From positions 448,001 to 512,000 of the forward strand of contig JBKAGE010000035.1 of assembly GCA_046290225.1 (NCBI GenBank): DNA of 64,000 nt. Direction: 5' to 3'. Origin of the DNA: Bradymonadia bacterium (GTDB lineage: Bacteria; Myxococcota_A; Bradymonadia; UBA7976; UBA1532). This document shows positions 58,151 through 64,000 of the stretch, piece by piece. The number at the start of each line of letters is the position of its first letter. Positions within the stretch are counted from its first letter, which is position 1. Made by a program: the position numbers and the translations under genes. The notes beneath the pieces are model-generated. The model was not told the origin of the DNA and made no database searches. It saw nothing but the letters and a program-made list of their open reading frames with translations.

Positions 58151-58486
58151 ATGAAACTGCTCGTCTACATCTTGAAGGACTACCGCCGGGTGGAAGATCT
58201 CATCCTGGCCATGGTGGAGATGGGCATCACCGGCGCCACCTGTGTCGATGGTCGGGGCATGGGTCAGCTCATCGGTGAGATGCCCATCTTTGCCGCGCTG
58301 CGCGGGCTGTTTCCCGGATCCGCGGTGGACTCACACGTGGTCTTTGCCGCCGTGCCCGCCGACAAGGCCCACAGCGCCCTCGCCCTCATGACCCGCATCA
58401 CGGGAGACGCCACCGCCGCAGGCGCCGGCGTGGCTTTCATGGTGCCCCTGGAAGGGTGGGTGGGCATCGCCCCCGAGATCACCTGA
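58151..58486 (+). CDS. PII-like protein
   Basis: GITGAT..DGRGMG, GAGVAFMVP; about 111 aa. Confidence 0.8.
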   Translation: MKLLVYILKDYRRVEDLILAMVEMGITGATCVDGRGMGQLIGEMPIFAALRGLFPGSAVDSHVVFAAVPADKAHSALALMTRITGDATAAGAGVAFMVPLEGWVGIAPEIT

Positions 58487-58489
58487 TCC

Positions 58490-59800
58490 TCACCCCGCCT
58501 TGGGGATCCCTGCGGCAAGCACTTCTGCAATCTGAGCCACGGGCACCTTGCTCTGCCCGCCAGTGCTCAAATCCTTCACCTGAGCCAGCCCTTCGGCCAC
58601 CTCGTCTGGGCCGAGCACGATGGCAAAGGGGATCTTCATCTTGTTGGCATATGCGAGCTGCTTCTTGAGCTTTGGCGTGCCGAGGAACACCTCGGCGTTG
58701 ATGCCTTGATCCCGCAGCGTGCTCGCCAGGGTGTAGCTGTGGCTCACCATGCCGTCGTTGAAGTTGGTGATGAGCACCCGAGTGGGGCTGGGCCGCAGGG
58801 TCACCAGCTCCATCTCGATGAGGGCGGCGAGCAGTCGATCGACGCCGAGGCTGATGCCCACCGAGGGCATGGGCTGGTTGCCGTACATCGACATCAGGCC
58901 GTCGTAACGGCCACCGCTCATCACTGAGCCGATGTCTTCCATGCCCGTGAGGAAGGTCTCGTAGATGGTGCCGGTGTAGTAGTCCAGCCCTCGGGCGATG
59001 GACAAATCGACGGCCACCTGGTCGCTCAGGCCCTGTGCTTTGGCCAGGTCGAGGACCGTGGTGAGCTCCTCGACGCCCTTGAGCCCGGTCTCCACACCCT
59101 CGAAGAAGTCGCCGAGGGTCTCGGGATCACGGCTGAGGAAGTCGAAGACACTGTCGACGGCCTCTGCAGACAGCCCACACTCTTCAGCGAGCAGGCCGCG
59201 GACCTTGGCCTCGCCGATCTTGGGCAGCTTGTCGATGACGCGCAGCACTTCCAGGGCCGCCTCGCCCTGATCGAGGCCGAGCTTGTCGAAGAGCCCCGTG
59301 AGCAGCTTGCGGTTGTTGATGCGCAGCGTGAACTGTTCGACCCCGAGCGCCCGCAGCGTCGCCGCGCCCACGGCGAGGCACTCGGCGTCGGCCATCATCG
59401 AGTCGTTGCCCACGATGTCGACGTCGCACTGCATGAACTCGCGGTATCGCCCACGGCCCGGACTCTCCGCCCGCCACACCGGCGCGATCTGGTAGCGCTT
59501 GAAGGGCTTGGGCAGGTGGGGGTTCGCCGCAGCCACCCGGGCCAGGGGCACGGTGAGGTCGTAGCGCAGCGCCACGTCGCGATCGCCGTTGTCTTTGAAG
59601 CGGTACAGCAGCTTGTCGCCCTCGTCGCCGTACTTGCCCAGCAACACGCTGGAGTACTCCAGCGCCGGTGTCTGCAGCGGGCCGAAGCCGTACGACTCGA
59701 AGACCCGCGCTACAGCGTCGAGCATCTGCTGCTTGGGGCCCATGATGTCGGGCAGATAGTCGCGGAACCCCCGGAGCGTCTGGGGCTTGATCTTGCTCAT
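58490..59800 (-). CDS. hisS: Histidine--tRNA ligase
   Basis: RGFRD, LRYDLTVP, GRYREFMQCDVD, ARGLDYYTG, GGRYDGL. Confidence 0.98.
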   Translation of the reverse strand: MSKIKPQTLRGFRDYLPDIMGPKQQMLDAVARVFESYGFGPLQTPALEYSSVLLGKYGDEGDKLLYRFKDNGDRDVALRYDLTVPLARVAAANPHLPKPFKRYQIAPVWRAESPGRGRYREFMQCDVDIVGNDSMMADAECLAVGAATLRALGVEQFTLRINNRKLLTGLFDKLGLDQGEAALEVLRVIDKLPKIGEAKVRGLLAEECGLSAEAVDSVFDFLSRDPETLGDFFEGVETGLKGVEELTTVLDLAKAQGLSDQVAVDLSIARGLDYYTGTIYETFLTGMEDIGSVMSGGRYDGLMSMYGNQPMPSVGISLGVDRLLAALIEMELVTLRPSPTRVLITNFNDGMVSHSYTLASTLRDQGINAEVFLGTPKLKKQLAYANKMKIPFAIVLGPDEVAEGLAQVKDLSTGGQSKVPVAQIAEVLAAGIPKAG

Positions 59801-59811
59801 GGTGCGTCCTT

Positions 59812-60206
59812 TGTAGCGGACGGCCGCCCTTCGGGCCGCCTGTAGCGGACGGTCATCGCCTGGCGGCGACAGCCTGTAGCGGACGGCTCGCCTCCGGCGA
59901 AACCTGTGGCGGACGGCCCTTTGGGCCTGTAGCCGGAGTTTCTTTCGAAGCTTCGAGCTGAGGCAGCCGTGGTCTCGACTACCGCGAACGCCCTATGCGC
60001 CCTGCCCTACCACTTTCGGCGTCAGCAGCACAGTGTTTCGAGAAGCCCACCACCCACATCAGACTCTCTAGAAAGCTACAGCACAGGCTGCCGGAGGCAG
60101 ACTCGGCGTCCGCTACAGCTTTCGCCGAAGGCGAGGCGTCCGCTACAGACGGCGCGCAGCGCGGTCGTCCGCTACAGGCGGTGCCAAAGGCACGGCTGTC
60201 CGCTCA
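59812..60206. repeat. REP/BIME-like cluster of CTGTAGCGGACG units, copy B (inverted relative to A, with a central unique segment)
   Basis: Forward units at 59812, 59840, 59874, 59904, 59927 (degenerate); inverted units at 60107, 60137, 60166, 60198 (partial). Confidence 0.85.
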
Positions 60207-60211
60207 GACGT

Positions 60212-61243
60212 TCAAAGCGCGGCGCAGCGGCAGACGTAATCCTCGAGGCGGTCATGATTACAGTTGAGACGCTCGTCGTGCTGGCAGGTATCGTCTCGCT
60301 CGTTCCATGCGCCGACACAGAACGAGCCCCGGGCAGCGCAGAACTCTTCACAGCGGGTGCGGTTGCCTTCGCGCACCAGGATCTCGCAATAAGGCGTGCC
60401 ACCCTCGGCGTTGCCTTCGCCGCACACACAGGTGCTGCCGTTGCGGCCGGGGTTGCAGGTGAGCGCCGTGAAGACCGAGCACTCGGGGGGTTGTTGGCAG
60501 GTGCCGTCGGCCTGACAGGTGCCCATGCCCTCGCACGGGGTACCCACGGCGGCGTTCTCGATGGTGGGCCCCGTACCTTCGATGCAGCCGTCGATGGTCT
60601 GACAGGGGCCAAGCACACGGGCCACCTCTTCAGGCTCGCCGGGTACGCAGACCGAAGGATCCATCGGATCGCGACATTCACCGAGGGCGGCACAGTTGCC
60701 ATCACCTGCGGCGAGGGTGATTGCCCGACGCTCGCAGATCTCTTCTTCGCCTTCCTGACGCAAGGCGTAGACCGCCTCGGCCGCGCACATCACATCAGGG
60801 CACCGGGCGTCCGACTCGGCCACCTCGGCCATACCGGCAGGGCCACAGATGGCACAGAGCCCAAGGTAGTCACCGGGCTCGCAGGGGCCGTCGGGCACAC
60901 CGCCCATCCCCATTGGCGCACCGCCCATGCCAGGATCACCGCCAAAGCCTGGCGTGCCACCCATGGGATCACCACCAAAGCCTGGCATGCCGCCGGGCTG
61001 GCCACCGAAGCCCGGGTCGCCCCCCATCGGTTGACCGCCGAAGCCTGGTGAACCGCCTGCGGGCTGACCGCCAGCACCCGGCGGCTGGACCACGGGCACA
61101 TTGCCTTTGAGATCATCTTCGGTGGAGCCTGCGTCGGCGTCGATGGGCACCGCCGTAGCGCAGCCACCAAGCGTCATTGACGCGGTGAGCATTGCCCACA
61201 GTGTGACCGCATAAGCTCGGCGTTGGGAGAAGGGGTATGACAT
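60212..61243 (-). CDS. Cys-rich lipoprotein with Gly/Pro/Met linker
   Basis: Lipobox LGGC; GGxPxFGG repeats; Cys-rich C-terminus. Confidence 0.8.
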   Translation of the reverse strand: MSYPFSQRRAYAVTLWAMLTASMTLGGCATAVPIDADAGSTEDDLKGNVPVVQPPGAGGQPAGGSPGFGGQPMGGDPGFGGQPGGMPGFGGDPMGGTPGFGGDPGMGGAPMGMGGVPDGPCEPGDYLGLCAICGPAGMAEVAESDARCPDVMCAAEAVYALRQEGEEEICERRAITLAAGDGNCAALGECRDPMDPSVCVPGEPEEVARVLGPCQTIDGCIEGTGPTIENAAVGTPCEGMGTCQADGTCQQPPECSVFTALTCNPGRNGSTCVCGEGNAEGGTPYCEILVREGNRTRCEEFCAARGSFCVGAWNERDDTCQHDERLNCNHDRLEDYVCRCAAL

Positions 61244-61376
61244 CGGAAGCACAGTGTGGTGGGTCGGGGTGTCTCTTGCAAGTCTCTGGTCTGCAGAGTC
61301 GATCTCTGACACCATAATTTGCTTTTTGTCACAGCACTTTGTGTTCCACCTACATGACCGTATAGAGAGCGACCCC

Positions 61377-63350
61377 ATGTCGTCGACCCGTCCCATGACC
61401 CTCACCGAGAAGATCCTTTACGCTCACGCTGTGCGGCCGCCCACAGGGGGGCTCAAACCCGGCGACATCGTGCGCATCAAGGTCGACTGGACCATCGCCA
61501 GTGAGCTGGCCTGGAACGGTATGGACAAGACCTACCAGGCTCTGGGGCGGCCGAAGATTCACGATCCGAAGCGGTTTTATCTGGCCATCGATCACACCGT
61601 CGATCCGGTCACGCTCATCGAAGATCCCCGGGCTCAGAAGCTCACGGAGCTCTCTCGCGACTTCGCCAGAGAGAGCAAAATCGAGCACTTCTACGACGCC
61701 AACGAGACGATCCTGCACACCAAGTTCTATCGAGATCTCGTGCAGCCAGGTCAGGTGGTCCTCGGGGCCGACAGCCACACCTCGAGCCACGGCGGTCTCG
61801 GCGTCTTCGCCATCGGCCTCGGCGGCGCCGACATCACCGTGGCCATGGTCCTCGGTGAGTCGTGGATCGAGATCCCTGAAGCCATCTCCGTGAACTACAC
61901 CGGCCGGTTGCCTTTTGGCTTCAGCGGCAAAGACGTCATCTTGAAGACCCTCGGAGCCCTGGGTCGCAACACTGTGGCCTTCGAGCGCTCGGTGGAGTAC
62001 CGCGGTGAGGGGGTGAAGGACTTCAGCACCGACACCCGCTTCGCCATCGCCAACATGACCGCCGAGTTCGGCGGGCTCAACGGCATCTTCGAAGCCGACG
62101 AGCAGGTGGCCCGCTGGCTCGCCCGGCGCCCCGAGAGCCACCGCGGCGAGGCCCGGTTCTTCAAGGCCGACGAGGGGGCCCACTACGTCGAGCAGTTCAC
62201 CATCGACCTCGACACCCTCGAGCCTCAGGTGGCCAAGCCGTTCTCCCCCGACAACGTCTATGCCCTGAGCGAGGTGAAGGGCATGTCGCTCGACGGCGCC
62301 TTCATCGGCGCCTGCACCACCACCGAAGAAGAGCTCGTGCTCGGGGCCCTGGTGCTCGAGAAGATGCTCGCCGCGGGGCACACCCCCGTCGATTGCAAGA
62401 ACCGCCTCGTCATCCCCGGTGACTTGTCGATTCAGGCCAACCTGAAGGCCCACGGCCTGTGGTCGGTGTACGAGCAGGCGGGCTACCGGGTCGGCGTGCC
62501 TGGGTGCTCGATGTGTCTTGGAGTGGCCAGCGAGAAGGCGGCCCCTGGCGAGGTGTGGCTGAGCAGTCAGAACCGCAACTACGAGAACCGCATGGGCGCA
62601 GGCTCCCTCGCCCATCTGGCCTCAGGGGCCACCGTCGCCGCTTCGTCGCTGTCGATGAGCGTCTCTGATCCACGGCCCTGGCTCGAGCAGATCGATCAGG
62701 ATCGATACAACCAGATCCTGGGCCGTTCCGGCGCGGTGAACATCCCTGAGATCCGCAGCGCCGAGGCCACCCCGGTGGAGCCCCCTGTGGCTCAGTCATC
62801 GACGCAGGCCGAGGCCAGCGCCGAGGCGCCGGCCAGTGTTGCCGCGAAGATCCACCGGTTCGGTGATCACATCGACACCGACGCCATCATCCCCGGCGAA
62901 TTCTGTCACCTCACCGCCCTCGAAGATCTCGGCGCAAAGTGCTTCCACTACGTGGCGCCAGGCTTCGCTGATCGGGTGAAGGCCGGGCAGTCCGTGGTGG
63001 TGGCCGGTACGGGCTGGGGCACTGGCTCGAGCCGGGAGCAGGCTGTGTGGGCCCTCAAGGGGGCCGGCGTGCAGGTGGTGGTGGCCCGCAGCTTCGCCTT
63101 CATCCACAAGCGCAACCTCGTGAACGAGGCCCTGCCCTACCTCGTGCTCGACGACGACGCGTTCTATGAGAAGGCCGTCGACGGGGCCGACATCTCTGTC
63201 GATCTGGCTCAGGGGCAGGTCACTGTCGATGGGGCAACCTTCCAGGCTCAGCGCCCTTCGTCCATGGTGCAGTCCATGCAGAAGGCTGGCGGCATCGTGA
63301 GCGCCATCAAAGCCCACGGCGACGCGGTCTTCGAGCAGCTCACCGCTTGA
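61377..63350 (+). CDS. Aconitase-family dehydratase with fused large and small (LeuC+LeuD-like) domains
   Basis: MTLTEKIL, DH, GADSHT, IGACT, PGCSMC, SQNRN; then IDTDAIIP, WGTGSSRE, SFAFIHKRN. Confidence 0.92.
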   Translation: MSSTRPMTLTEKILYAHAVRPPTGGLKPGDIVRIKVDWTIASELAWNGMDKTYQALGRPKIHDPKRFYLAIDHTVDPVTLIEDPRAQKLTELSRDFARESKIEHFYDANETILHTKFYRDLVQPGQVVLGADSHTSSHGGLGVFAIGLGGADITVAMVLGESWIEIPEAISVNYTGRLPFGFSGKDVILKTLGALGRNTVAFERSVEYRGEGVKDFSTDTRFAIANMTAEFGGLNGIFEADEQVARWLARRPESHRGEARFFKADEGAHYVEQFTIDLDTLEPQVAKPFSPDNVYALSEVKGMSLDGAFIGACTTTEEELVLGALVLEKMLAAGHTPVDCKNRLVIPGDLSIQANLKAHGLWSVYEQAGYRVGVPGCSMCLGVASEKAAPGEVWLSSQNRNYENRMGAGSLAHLASGATVAASSLSMSVSDPRPWLEQIDQDRYNQILGRSGAVNIPEIRSAEATPVEPPVAQSSTQAEASAEAPASVAAKIHRFGDHIDTDAIIPGEFCHLTALEDLGAKCFHYVAPGFADRVKAGQSVVVAGTGWGTGSSREQAVWALKGAGVQVVVARSFAFIHKRNLVNEALPYLVLDDDAFYEKAVDGADISVDLAQGQVTVDGATFQAQRPSSMVQSMQKAGGIVSAIKAHGDAVFEQLTA

Positions 63351-63365
63351 ACTCTCGACGGAGGC

Positions 63366-64000
63366 TCATCGAGTAGCACGCTCACAGTCTTCCACTGCCT
63401 CGTCAGACATACCCCAACATCGGTAGCGCGGATTCAGGTCGTACCCGAGGTCGGCCCCCCATGCGTAGCAGTCGTCCATTCTGTCCATGGGTGCGCGCTC
63501 ACGTTTGCAGTCTGCCCACCACTGAGCATACTCGGCGATGGCGATGTCTTCACATGCGCGCTGATCTGCGAGAGCAGTCTCAATACACGCGTCAAATGCT
63601 GGCGTCAGGTCGATGGTCTCAGGCACAGAGTCCCAGTGAGGGCATTCGAGGCGGCAACTGTCGACCTTTGACCTAGAGACTTCGAGGCACTCTTCATATG
63701 TACTGCCAAACGCCAGGCATTCGAGACGAGCCACTCTGCCAATGACTCTGCACGCGTAATCACAGCGAATGGACAGGTCGAGCAATTCTTGTGTCTCAAT
63801 ATATTCGCAGTATTGAGAAATGCAGTCCTGCCTGAATTTTTCAACATCATCTTCACATTCACTCTGTGAGCTGCCAGAACGAATACAAGTATCGAAGTGT
63901 GCCTTTGACTTGGATGTGCAGTCTTGAGAGCACGATTGAGTGGTGACATTGGTATGTGAGGGGATTCTTTTGCGAAGCTGTCTTCTATTGATTGCAGAAG
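63366..64000 (-). CDS. Partial Cys-rich repeat protein in a lower-GC region (start lies beyond the right edge)
   Basis: The frame of ORF 63366..63785 has no stop up to the window end; repeated Cys-spaced helical units. Confidence 0.55.
   Translation of the reverse strand, partial: SAINRRQLRKRIPSHTNVTTQSCSQDCTSKSKAHFDTCIRSGSSQSECEDDVEKFRQDCISQYCEYIETQELLDLSIRCDYACRVIGRVARLECLAFGSTYEECLEVSRSKVDSCRLECPHWDSVPETIDLTPAFDACIETALADQRACEDIAIAEYAQWWADCKRERAPMDRMDDCYAWGADLGYDLNPRYRCWGMSDEAVEDCERATR

Noticed and set aside
59969..61051. 360-aa plus-strand ORF crossing repeat copy B
   Set aside because: It begins inside the repeat element and is antisense to a clear lipoprotein gene; no transposase motifs.
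61377..63350. Gene symbol leuC/leuD or acnA
   Set aside because: Fused architecture, divergent motifs and no pathway context; substrate cannot be assigned.

Overview
High-GC bacterial chromosome segment. Gene content (MopE-repeat Cys-rich lipoproteins, a MYXO-CTERM-like motif, an FHA-sigma54 activator, an AgmX-like domain) suggests a Myxococcota/Bradymonadia-like organism; this is an inference. Core blocks: kdsB-pyrG-kdsA-lpxL-lptA-lptB-rpoN-[insert]-ptsN-hprK-rapZ-mannose-family PTS-ptsH-ptsI; rimO and lolA; tRNA-Thr(CGT)-amidase-rph-rdgB; hisS; and a fused aconitase-family gene. Accessory content: a cobalamin riboswitch with a three-gene B12-uptake-like operon, an Aer2-like chemoreceptor, many secreted Cys-rich lipoproteins, and several REP/MITE-like structured repeats. 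The best candidates for something undescribed are two SIR2-domain loci. One is a coupled receiver-SIR2(His->Asn)-DUF4132 operon. The other is a SIR2-TPR gene whose putative promoter spacer is filled by a palindrome resembling the myxobacterial LexA box. Also notable are an apparent two-export-signal polyprotein and an unknown tandem-domain lipoprotein under B12 riboswitch control. All family calls come from motif recognition by eye; no database searches were run, and start codons are best estimates.
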